Shown here: piece by piece, positions 23,494 through 34,220 of the stretch
Layout: each line of letters begins with the position of its first letter
Numbering within the stretch: position 1 is the first letter of the stretch
DNA from: Chiloscyllium plagiosum
Taxonomy: Eukaryota
NCBI RefSeq assembly: GCF_004010195.1
Contig: NC_057719.1
Span: forward strand, 30,375,853-30,412,067
Length of the DNA stretch: 36,215 bases
Direction: 5' to 3'
The notes under the pieces: model-generated
Seen by the model: the letters and a program-made list of their open reading frames with translations, nothing else
Database searches by the model: none
What the model was told of the DNA's origin: nothing
Program-made: the position numbers and the translations under genes

Positions 23494-24495
23494 TACTGGT
23501 CACTACGTCATAGCTACAGCACTCACTTTCAGGATCCAGTTGAAGACATTTTGATATCATATGTGACCAATGTATTTTAGCCATTTTTCATTGTAACTTT
23601 TTCTTATTCAGTTTCAGGTTCATCTGTCAAGTAGACGGACTAGATTTTGATCAGTCAGCATTGGCTTCTTCAATCATCCACTACAGTTTCCACTCTAGGA
23701 AGATTACCACCATCTCATGTTGTCTGCATTAATAATATGCTGGAGCAGTGGAAATGCCAAACAACGTGGAGAAGTACCTGCATCTCCAGAATGATGTTCA
23801 AAAAGTGGTTAGAAAACTGCTTTCATGATTGGTATAGGATACCTCTTCAGGGCATCCTGTCAGCATTCCAAGTGGTTTCACTGCTTCCATGCTGCTAATC
23901 TGTTTTGCAAGAGTTATTTTCTTGATTATTCCCTTGTTCTCCATTCCCTATTGTTGCTGGTATGCCGGAGCATTGTTTAGCAAATGCTAAATTGACCTTA
24001 CATTCTCATCACCATCAAAATAATATTCTCCTGGAAGACATGATAACCTTGTAAGCACATCACTGTAGGAACTGTTCTGTAGTAATTGTTGAGTGCACTT
24101 GTGGCACATTGGCAATCTCTTCTGGAGTGTTGAGGTTTACCAATCCAAGCTTTAGACTTGCCCCAATTGAAATGAGTAACTTTAAGCTTTAAATCAATGA
24201 TGTGGAACTCCAGATCATGTTGCTGCAATGGGCTCACAGAATAATCCATCCTCTTGACATGTATGGTGCCATCACCGTATCCTTTTCATAAGTCTGTGAA
24301 GATTATGGTCAAGTAGAGCATGACACACCAGTGTCTGATGCTTTTATAATGACCTGATGTTCTCCTTCTATAGTCATCTTTTTAGAAGTCACAACTTATT
24401 GACCTAGCTGAACCAAACCGTTGTATGGTACAGAATAATCCATCAGACTCTTCAACAGTTATCCATCCAGTAGCCATCTGTACCTGCTTTTAGTC

Positions 24496-25710
24496 ATGAG
24501 ACACTGGATGCGACCAATAGTGTACCCTTCGTTGTCAGTACTTCCCAGGAGTGGAGAAACCATGCCATGTTCTTTGCAGCCTGCAACATATTATCGATGA
24601 GGATGAGCACCTCGCCAACACCTTCCCTATGTCTCCACTTCTCCCCTTTAAACAACCAAATCTTAATCAGGCCATTGTTCACAGCAAACTGCCCAGCTTT
24701 CAGGACATTGACCACAACACTATACAACCCTGTCACGGCAACCACTGCAAGACGTGTCAGAGTGTCGACATTGACACCACCCACCATGAATGCATCAGGT
24801 ACTCATGTGACTCTCCCAACATTGTCTACCTAATATGTTGCAGGCAAGGATTCTCGAAGGCATGGTACATTGGCGAGATCAAGCAGACGCTATGACAATG
24901 GATAAACGGATACCATGCAATAATTGCCAGACAGGAATGCTTTCTCCCAGTCAGGGAGCATTTCAGCAGTTAAGTACATTCGGCCTCAGATCTTAAGGTG
25001 ACCGTCTTCCAAGGTGGACTTCGGGATACACAACAGAGTGGCCAAGCAGAGGCTGGTATCCAAGTTTGATATCCATGAGCATGATTCTCTTGAGTTTGAT
25101 ACTCAACCGGGACCTGGGGTTCATATCACACCACAGGTGACCCTGTTACATTATATACACACACACACACACAGACAGTCACACTCATGTACAAACTCTA
25201 GTGCGCGCACACACACACGCGCGCACACACACGCACACGGTCTATGGGGTGAATTTGCATTTGCAGAATTATATTTGCAGATACATTCGATTTTGCTCAA
25301 AAAGCACACAATCTGCTGGCAGTCAATCCATGTGATAGTTTATAAATTTCTACTTTGGAAATAGAACCAGTCTGACTCAAGATTGGAATACAACAGGCTC
25401 TAACTTCACACCTTTAATGCATTGCCTGAGCTGAGATGTCACTTTCTTTTATAAAAGTTTAAGTTATCTCGAGAATTTGACTTGAAAGTAGTTCTGGGAT
25501 TTATATATTAATCAATTGAAGCCAGCAACCCATTCTAAAAGATGAAAGACTTAACAGCAATCTACATTAGTTCAATATATTGTATTAGTTGCATGACACT
25601 ATGACTTTTTGCTAGAAATTCTGTCTTATGACCTTGCCCCACTAGCTACCTGACAAAGGAGTAGCACTCTAAACACTAGTACTTCCAAATAAACCTGTTG
25701 GACTATAACT
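24496..25710 (+). mobile_element. Penelope-like element 3' part (Cys-rich linker, GIY-YIG, long terminal repeat)
   Basis: ORF 24551-24895 QPCHGNHCKTC...YSCDSPNIVYLICCRQGFSKAWYIGEIKQTL; ends with a decayed hammerhead-like cctgacaaaggagtagcactctaaa and aataaacctgttggactataac. Confidence 0.87.
25157..25237. repeat. Imperfect (CA)n/(CG)n microsatellite inside the Penelope element
   Basis: acacacacacacacacacagacag...gcgcgcacacacacacgcgcgcacacacacgcacac. Confidence 0.9.
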
Positions 25711-26399
25711 GATTAAGTTACCTTTAAACTACTGTTTCTTTTAAACCCAGGTAAACTGTTAACATTCCATACCTCAAGACTGCAAGACCAACTTTCAGCC
25801 AGTGTATACATTTTTCTGGACAAAAACAAAGCTTGTGTCCAGGCTTTCCAGAGTAACGTCAAACAAAAACTTCAGGAAAGGATTAAATGGAAAAAAAAGA
25901 TTCACATTAGTGTGAAATATAATTTTTATTTAATCTTGACAGTAGAAAGTTACAAAAATGACATTTTTCAAAAAAACAAGTCAATGTGATTTGATTGGCT
26001 TATCAACAAATCACGTACAAATGTTGACGTGTTTTCAAAGGAATTTCCATTATTAATAAAAAAGCATTAATCTCAACCTGTAAAGTGGAATACAGTAAGG
26101 TTAATGTATAAATAAAAAGGTGCGTGTCAGATTTACTATTCATAATTTACAAGTCAACCTCTTTTTTGACAGGGGAGGGGAGAGGAAGCGTATTCATAGC
26201 TCAGCATTCACAGCTTTAAGGGGAGCCCTTGTATATAGACAAGTACAGAATTTGACTACTTTAGTTTGTACATCACAGGGGGTGCAGTACTATTTTGAAG
26301 AATGTTCCAAAGAACGTCAAGAACATATCCTAGATAGTAGGGTTACTTGAGCACAAGATTCTAGGATCTTGCCACTGTGGAGGATATGGGTTTTTGGCA

Positions 26400-26452
26400 G
26401 GGGGGGGGGGGGAAAAAAGAGGTGAGCTCACAATTTGTAGCTCACAATTTGT
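26400..26452. repeat. G13 run followed by a 14-bp tandem duplication
   Basis: g x13 then a-run; agctcacaatttgt repeated at 26425-26438 and 26439-26452. Confidence 0.85.
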
Positions 26453-27949
26453 AAGCACTAGAATTTTGTCCTATGTTATCAGCAAAAATAGAACTTACAG
26501 CATCTAGGAATTTGAAGCTTTTATAGAGGTGGTGATCCTAGGGTACTTCAGAAGTGCATAAAAATTAACTTGCAACTTAGTGAACAAGTGACATAAATCA
26601 TCCAATTTTAAGTGACAAAGAAGCCTCAAACAAATGCTATTTCTCTCCCACCCCTCATGGGAGGTTAAATGGTTTATTACAGAAAACAGCACTTCTAAAC
26701 AAAATAAAATGTGAGCATAGTTCCTTCCTATGACTTTTTTTTATTGGACAAAGCCAAGAAACTTTTAAAGCCTTACAAAATGAAGTGACCTACCCCTCTA
26801 TTATTCAATGCTCTGATGCATAGACAACATGGTGAGAAATTCTGCAAACTGTGTACATACTCAGATGTGTTTAAAAGCCATCACCAACAAAGCCTGAATG
26901 ACTAAACCGGAGAGATGCTAAAGTAAAAGTAAAAACCTTAATGAATGTATTAAAAGATAGGCATTGAACAGTAGAGAATTTTGAGAGTAATTTTATCAGT
27001 GTTGTGAAATATACTATTTTTGAACATTAGGAATTTCAGGTACTGAAGGAAATAGTAATACATTGTGACAAATGTGTAAATATTTAGATAGTTATCTTCA
27101 ACGTTAAAAGATTAACATAAACATTGTTTAGGGTAAAGACTTTGGGATAGATATCTAATGCAAGGTTTTTAAATCTAAAATGTGCTTATCCCTACGTCAG
27201 GCATCCAGGATTTTGGTTCTTCTTAAATTAATTTATTACAACTAATTGGCTCATTTGTTATATTATCAATTATAACTGAAAATGCAAGACTAAATCAATT
27301 GAATTTAATGGTATGGGGCTGGTAACAAAAAACAAATGAACAGCATGCAAGCAAAAAAATGAATAGGTAGAAAAACCAGAAAAAAAGTGAAAACAAATTA
27401 CTACTATTTTGTGAAAGTAATTTGGAAGCAATTTTACACACTATTAGTTTCTCCACCAAATCAAAGCTTTCACTAGGTGCAAATGTATAATTAATTGTTT
27501 AAAACAAATAATGAAATTTGTTATAAATAGTAATCTGTAGGTAATTGTATGTTTGAAATATTTTAAATACTGTTCACCTGGCCAGATATGATATGCTCAA
27601 GTTTTGAACTTCCATAGCCTCACTATTCGGTGAGGAAAATAGAGTTAGCAAGTGACAGTTCTCAGCAAACAACTTTATCGTCAAATTGCAATAAAATTTG
27701 CCCTCTGCTGGTGTGTCAATGTAAAATGTGTAACAATCAAATCCTACTTTTTTTGTAGACTAAATGGCTTTTGTTTTAAGTGTAAGCATCCTGAATAAAA
27801 CATTTCCTTCTTAACATTTCCTAAAGCAATTTTCCTAAAAAATTAAAACATTCATAGCTTGTTTATACAAGATCACATGCATAATAAATCTTTAAAATAC
27901 ACTAAATTTTCAAATCATCCTGTAATTTGTAACTTGCAAAAGAATCAAG

Positions 27950-28300
27950 AATGTGAGGGGCAAGTAAATTGCAAAAGAAACAATTTATTTTCCAGGGTAA
28001 GTAATTAGGCCTTGGAATGCACTCCCTGGAAGTATGGTAGAGGCAGGCATTTAAGAAGGCATTAGAAGATTATTTGAATAGAAACTGTGCAGGGTTGTGG
28101 GGAAAAGGAAAGAAAATGGCACTTAAGCAAAAAGCTCATTTGAAGAGCTGGTGCTGACGTGATGGGTTGAACGGCCTCCACCTTCTTAATAAGTAAGGGA
28201 AATCAAGGGTTACGGGGCAAGGGCTGGACATAAGGAATGTCGGATCAGCCATGGTCTTGTTGAATCACGGAGCAGGCTCAAGAGGCTAAACCTCACAATT
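27950..28300 (+). mobile_element. Two old CR1 3'-end fragments in tandem
   Basis: tggaatgcactccctggaagtatggtagaggcagg...gatgggttgaacggcctcc, then gggaatcaagggttacggg...ggatcagccatggtcttgttgaat..cggagcaggctcaagaggctaaa; typical CR1 3' ends. Confidence 0.7.
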
Positions 28301-28585
28301 CTAAGATGCTGCAGTGTATTTTGAGTGCGCTTTTCAAAATTGATACAATCAAGCTTCCAAGTTCTGGAATGATTATATCATTTATTCAAGCTGATGAATG
28401 TTTCTGTAAGTGTCATAAAAAAAGCATTTTACGAAGTGGCTTTACATATATACTGGCACACGCAAATTTAGTCAAGGTAAATGCAAACAGGAAAATGTTA
28501 AAACTAAAGTTTTGCTTATATCTGAAAAAAAAACCCCATAAAATGTCACATACTGAAAAGATGCTTCAGCCAAATTATGCAAAGA

Positions 28586-28591
28586 TTTATT
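28586..28591 (-). promoter_or_regulatory. Candidate PTPN21 polyadenylation signal (AATAAA)
   Basis: tttatt on + lies 1.6 kb downstream of the stop, with many upstream TGTA motifs and a G/T-rich tract downstream on the minus strand. Alternatives at 29574-29579 and 25925-25930. Confidence 0.35.
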
Positions 28592-30219
28592 TACGCAACA
28601 CAATGGTATTTGTATTTAAATCAGCAGTTACAAAACATGGTTACTTATTTTTCAGGAAGCAATCAAAAATATTTCATCATCTCTACAGAGATGTCTTTCA
28701 CATAATATGTAACAGATGGATGGGTTACAACAGGATGCTCTACAATATCAAATTCTTCTAGCATTACTCAAAGTGACAGAATTCCAAGTTACAAAACATT
28801 ATAAGCCACATTTGTAAACCCATAATTAATGTACAGGTCATATTCCATTTGATGTAAAGAGAACACCAAGAAAGAATACAGCATATGTTGACTTCAATGT
28901 ACAAAACCATGCACTCAGATAATCTTCACAAAGTAAAACCCTGTACATTTCATTTATGAATATGATGTGATCTACATAATTTATATATACACAAAAATGT
29001 TTCACAGATTGTCCTTCATACTCCCATGATTGAATATACTACCCTGTAAAGGAAACAAACTACCATTTGTCATAAACTCATTTTTTTCTAATTACTGAAT
29101 CAAGTGGAAGTCAATAAAATTAGGCCAGTAAGGAAGCTTTAAAAGAAACATTATGGACACTGAGCTGAAATCCTTCTCTTTTAAACTTTGTAAACTCAAG
29201 TCACTTAGCAGCAGTTTTCCAATTCATAGATTATGTTTGAAGTGCTTTACTGCAAAATTATATTACACTAAAGTATGTTACAGTGAAGGTCACACAAAAG
29301 CCAGTTGTGTGCAGACTCTCTCACTTACATCAAATAGTTATCAGTGCTAAAATACTCACTTAAACCTAAGCTAAAAGTAATTCAAAAATAACAATAGGTC
29401 TAACAGCTAAAAGTAGATAAATGAACTGAATAAACTTACATTATTTTGAGTAATCATATAACATTTAAGTTTCAATAATTGTAATTGAGTGTAATTAAAC
29501 TATACATATAGTTTTTACAAAGTTGATAGTCATGCCTAACTGAACAGGTCTATTGAAAAACAAACAGGATTGGTTTATTTCATATCATTACATGTATTTT
29601 CATTACTTCTGTAAACCATGATACATTATAAGCCTAAAAAAGGATTTTTCACCTATTTACACACTAGAAAATTAATTCTAACAAAATACTTCCACTTGCA
29701 CCAGTTCAACCTCACATTCACTCGTTCTGCTTGCATATTTTCATTTTCTCCTACTATTGAAATATAGCAGTCATCACATCTCTATCAAAGGTAAAATACT
29801 TCCATACTATAGCTTAAAACTGATCATGCACCAAATACAGAGTTTCATGATGTTTATGCCAGATATTATTGTTTATAATGTTCAGCTGGAGGAAATGGTT
29901 AAAAGTTACTTAAATTTGGGTGCAAATTAAAGTTAAGTGAAAAACTGCACTAAGATAGGTTTCACTTATGCTGTATTGAACTATATTCTTCATTAAAATG
30001 AAGCACAATGCCTATTTTAAAATAATTAAAAATATCAGAGGTAAAATATTTAACTTCACCTTTAAATTTGGTGCTCCATTTGAGTACATCGCACTTTTTT
30101 TTTAATGCAAATTGACTTTCTCCTCCTCAACTCAAGGGGTAGAAAAACGCTTCCTTCATTTAAAACAATTCTGCAATCAGTTGTTTCACTTACAAAATCA
30201 CAGCATTATGAATACAAGC

Positions 30220-30348
30220 TTAAATCAGCCTAGAACTTCTCAGAAAGTGAATGAGCACTTTGTAGACAAAGATATATTGTGTAATTGTTTGCACCATTAA
30301 CATCCGTTGCTGTCTGAGCAGATTCAGCATGGTAGTAATATCCAGAGT
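30220..30348 (-). CDS. PTPN21: PTPN21 terminal coding exon (Q-loop)
   Basis: Acceptor tttttttttaattccag|. 129 nt [42 protein letters not shown], matching the human PTPN21 end ([32 protein letters not shown]); phase 0 with the upstream exon. Not in the ORF track. Confidence 0.95.
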   Translation of the reverse strand, partial: TLDITTMLNLLRQQRMLMVQTITQYIFVYKVLIHFLRSSRLI

Positions 30349-30384
30349 CTGGAATTAAAAAAAAATATTTATTATGTCATACAT

Positions 30385-31487
30385 GGAGCTAGAGAACTTG
30401 GGGAAATGAACAGTGACATCTTGAAAAGGTGGAGCTGGAGGTTTTAAAACACAAAAGGTAGATAAATCCCCAGGACCTGATTAGGTGTTTCCCAGAATTT
30501 TGTGGGAAGCTAAGGAAGAGATTGTTGGGTCCCTTGCTGAGATATTTGCATTATCGACAGCCACAGGTGAGGTGGTGGAAGACTGAAAGGTTGGCTAATG
30601 TGGTGCCATTATTTAAGAAAGGCTGTAAGGAAAATAAAGAGAATTGTAGATGGGTGAGCTTAACATCAGTGCTAGGGAAGCTGTTGGAGGGGACTCTGAG
30701 GGACAGGATTTACATGCATTTGGAATGGCAAAGACGGATTTGGGATAGTCAACAAGGAAATCATATCGCATTAATATGATGTAGCTGTTTGAAAAAGTGA
30801 CAAAGATTGAAGGAGGCAGAGCAGTAGTTGTCGTCTATGTGGTCTTCAAGGCACTCAACAAGGTTTCATGTGGTAGATTGGTTAGTAAGATTGGATTATG
30901 TGGAATCCAGGGAAAGCTTGCCAATTGGATACAAAATTGGCTCAAAAGTAGGAAACAGAAGGTGATGATAGAGGGTTGCTTTTCGGATTGGAGGCCTGTG
31001 TCCAGACATGTGCCATAAGGATTGGTGTTGGGTCCACTGTTTTTTGTAATTTACATAAATGATTTGGATGTGAATATATGAGGTATGGATAGTAAGTTTA
31101 TAGATGACACCAAAATTGGTGGTGCAATGGACCGTGAAGAACAGTACCTCACAGTACAACGGGACCTTGGTCAGATAGGCCAATGGGCTGAGGAGTGGCA
31201 GATGGAATTTAATTTAAATAAATGTGAGATCATGCATTTTGGTAAGGCAAATCAGACAGGACTTATACACTTAGTGATAAGGTCTTGGAGAGAGTGTTGC
31301 CGAACAAAGAAACCTAGGAGTGCAAGAGCATAATTCCTTGAAAGCAGAGTCGCAGGTAGATGGGAGGTGAAGATGTCATTTAGGAGTTGGGATGTCATAT
31401 TGTGGCTGTACAGGACATTGGTTAGGCCACTTTTGGAATACTCCGTTCAATTCTGTGCTGTGCGCTGTAACTCTAACTCTATGACAT
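30385..31487 (+). mobile_element. CR1 LINE RT fragment in the last PTPN21 intron
   Basis: DKSPGPD, LANVVPLFKKGCK..N.R.VSLTSVLGKLLE, NWIQNWL, SKFIDDTKIGG, WQMEFNLNKCEIMHFG; tail gtaactctaactctatga. Confidence 0.9.
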
Positions 31488-31539
31488 ACTGGGCGCACTG
31501 TGTAAGGTTTGAGCAGAAAACTAGCCCGAAACCTCTATG

Positions 31540-31905
31540 AGGTCACCTCTCGGCCTCCGACACTCCAGGGAAAATAACCCGAGCCTATTCAGACTCTCCC
31601 TATAGGTCCAAAACCTTCAATCCCGACAACATACTTGTAAATCTTTTCTGCACCCTCTCAAGTTTAATAACATCTTTCCTATAGCAGCGAGACCAGAATT
31701 GAACAGAGTATTCCAAAAGTGGTCTAACCAATGTCCTGTACAGCTACAATATGACATCCCAAATTCTATAATCCATACAATGACGAATAAGGACAGTGTA
31801 CCAAATGCCTTCTTCACTACCCTGTCTACTTGTAACTCCAACCTGCACCCCTCGGTCTCAGCAACACTCCCCAGGACTGTACCATTAAGTGTATAAGTCC
31901 TGCCT
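31540..31905 (-). mobile_element. CR1 LINE fragment, opposite orientation
   Basis: Minus-strand GRTYTLNGTVLGSVAE...LQVDRVVKKAFGTL..., contains a near-identical inverted copy of 31387-31455. Confidence 0.88.
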
Positions 31906-32329
31906 TGAGGGAAAAAAAAGTTGTTTCTCATGTGAAATCATGCAAGCTCTTGAAGATAGAATCTGCACAATCCTCAGCGTTGCGAGGTTTTATTTTCAAA
32001 TAGTCCTATGAAGCAACTTGAACATTTTATCATGTTAAAGCTGAACAAAATAAGTGATTTTTTTGTGTTTAATAGGTGCATTTAAAATACAAATATAGGA
32101 GAATTGGATAAAAAAAATGCAACCATAATGGGGAGATGGGAGGAGATTTACACCTACAGTATAAAAAGGTGAACTCAATGAGCAAAAATGAGAGCTAATA
32201 AGGGAACAGGCCATATTATACATGGACAACAGGGTGAGCAACGATCATGAATTAGTTAATTTAATATTCATTGAATGATATTGACTTAAATCAACATAAC
32301 AATTTAATCGGATGTGCTGTTTCTTAAAA

Positions 32330-32880
32330 AAAAAAGAGATTTACAAACTCAGGTTATAAATTTAAATGATGTAAATTTTAGGGATGAGCCACAAACTGCA
32401 GGAAACTAGGCTGAACTGATGGGTAAACCTACAGATTAATAGCACACATGCAGTTAAGCAATAAGGTAGCAGAAAAGATCAAGCTAAAAGGCTTATTAAA
32501 ACAGAAAAGGAAATTCAGAAAAGGAATTCAGCAAAAAGCAAGAGCTATGAAGAAAATTATCAGTAGGAGACAAGAAAAATACAAAAGAACGAACATTTTG
32601 AAAAAAGCTTCAAGGATTATCAAGCTGAAAATAATATTTTTCATAAATACATTAAGGGAAACAATTGTAGAGGGGAATTGTGGTCTTTGAACAGAAACAG
32701 ACAAGATTTATGGGTGGTGAAGAAATAATAGCCCTGTTAAATGGGTATTTTGTATCTATGCTCACTTTGGAAAGAGACACATAATACTGGAAGTTACAGA
32801 GTGCAAATTAAGTCAAAAGGGGGAACTTCATAGATTCAATGAAATTGCAGTTAAGCAGGTCATCATTTTCTTCAATGCTC
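32330..32880 (+). mobile_element. Very old CR1-like ORF2 remnant
   Basis: aattttagggatgag...aaactaggctgaactgatggg, lysine-rich tether (ORF 32448-32690), gaagaaataatagccctgttaaatgggtattttgtatctatgctcac (E..LN.YF.S.FT-like). Confidence 0.5.
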
Positions 32881-33052
32881 TGCAGAATCACAAATTGTGC
32901 CTTCAGATTTATAAATTGTAAATTACTTAAGTGATGGGAGACCGGGAGAAAGCAAGTAAACACATATCTGTTGTTTTATCAGTTGTGCAGAGGTTGCTTG
33001 AATTTATCAGAATCATATGACATAGCAAGTTTAACAAATAGGATAATCTTAC

Positions 33053-33213
33053 TGCATTGTGCTCCAGGCAGCCAATCATAATTTCTGATAAAATCACAAC
33101 ACCAGTCCTTCCTACACCAGCGCTGCAGTGTATAAGTAAAGGCATGTCCGGATTTTTACTGTCTGCTGTACTATTGGTATGACGACGCACTGACTCAATT
33201 TCATCCAAATATG
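33053..33213 (-). CDS. PTPN21: PTPN21 catalytic-motif exon
   Basis: Acceptor gcttttacag|CA and donor GCA|gtaaga. 161 nt (S)[56 protein letters not shown] signature HCSAGVGR at 33107-33130. Confidence 0.96.
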
Positions 33214-33354
33214 CTGTAAAAGCAATGAGAAATTTAAAAAGGGGTCATTATTAAAGAAACATTTTTTGCAATACAGCCAAAATGCCTTAGCATAAACATT
33301 TTGTTTTAAACTTAAAATGACAAGTGCTGCCAATCAGAATTCAATAAAACTCAC

Positions 33355-33589
33355 ATCGGAATCCTTTGATATCTTCTGGACAGCCATTTTCTGGCCAATC
33401 TGTATACTGCAAGTGCCACACTGTTCTTTCTTGCCCATTCAACAGATGTTTAATTTTTAACCCGGTAGTTGCATAACAACCAGAGTCTGTTCGAAATCTT
33501 GTAGTAATTTTGAATCTTCCATACGTGACAGAGTTATTCCTGGAGCCTAATCGAGGCCAATACCGAAAACTTTTCTCTCTCCCTCCCTC
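33355..33589 (-). CDS. PTPN21: PTPN21 PTP-domain exon with WPE loop
   Basis: Acceptor cattacag|GAG and donor T|gtgagt. 235 nt [78 protein letters not shown], near-identical to human PTPN21; WPE (not WPD) distinguishes it from PTPN14. Confidence 0.96.
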
Positions 33590-33824
33590 CTGTAATGTTA
33601 TTACAACAAAGAGCTTGATTAACACTAAACATAAAATTCTATAATTGGAATGCATACTCCAAGTAATTGTATTGTGAACAAAACTTTAAAGTCACTTTAC
33701 AGAATATAATTTTCTTAAACATGTGAAGTACAAACTGGTGAATAAAAAGACGTATAATTTTCCTAAATATCTTTGAGAATTAAATGAGATTACCATGTAC
33801 TCTCTTTCCTCAATTGAAAAACAA

Positions 33825-34200
33825 TACCCCTCCATGTGGAGCAACATTGGGAGGAAGCACAGAGGGTGGTAAGGGCACAAAATGTACTCTGGGCGGGGGA
33901 TTTCAATGTCCACAACCAAGAGTTGCTCAGCAGCAGCATTTCTGACTGAGCTGGTCAGGTCCAAAGGACATAGCTGCTAGATTGCATCTACAGCAGGTGG
34001 TGAGAGAATCAACAAGAGGGAAAAACATATTTGACCACATCCTCAATAATATGGCAGCTGCAGGTACATCTCTCTAGTACAGTATCAGTAAGGGTGACCA
34101 CCAAGATAGCTCTTGCGGAAACAACCTTCCACCTTCACACTGAAAACATCCTCTATCATGCTTGTGTAGTACTATCAGCAAACTAAAAAAGGGACAGACT
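33825..34200 (+). mobile_element. LINE APE endonuclease fragment
   Basis: VLWAGDFNVHNQE at ~33884-33920, TRGKNIFDHIL at ~34013-34045, and a GDH (SDH-like) motif at ~34093. Confidence 0.7.
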
Positions 34201-34220
34201 ACAAAGCGACATTAGCGATT

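Larger units (their letters stand above)
16501..24490 (-). mobile_element. Decayed Ty3/Gypsy LTR retrotransposon (pol PR-RT-RNaseH-integrase + PPT + 3' LTR), broken up by nested insertions
   Basis: Minus-strand remnants in Gypsy order. Protease DTGVSC at 24318-24335. RT ESSFLTTF, FGISTAP, VETVVDD, NLKLNKKK, YIGH, LDPE at 23500-23900. RNase H DVKAVQ, TATPVLK, ETGLGAALL, FASRAIT, YAQIEKACLAIV, HKPIESIF at 22230-22957. Integrase DYLVTKDYYSDYW, HYPQS.GK, IKIAKGIIKK, LLKPEVVTG at 20560-21290. C-terminal remnant at 16890-17160. Confidence 0.85.

Noticed and set aside
26741..26752. ttattggacaaa matching the LTR end at 16503-16514 (possible 5' LTR)
   Set aside because: The similarity does not extend, and there is no TG terminus or PBS.
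28306..28761. 151-aa + strand ORF
   Set aside because: Low-complexity AT-rich translation antisense to the PTPN21 3' region; no domain.
33053..33589. PTPN14 as an alternative identity
   Set aside because: WPE loop, [14 protein letters not shown] motif and linkage to ZC3H14/EML5 all indicate PTPN21.
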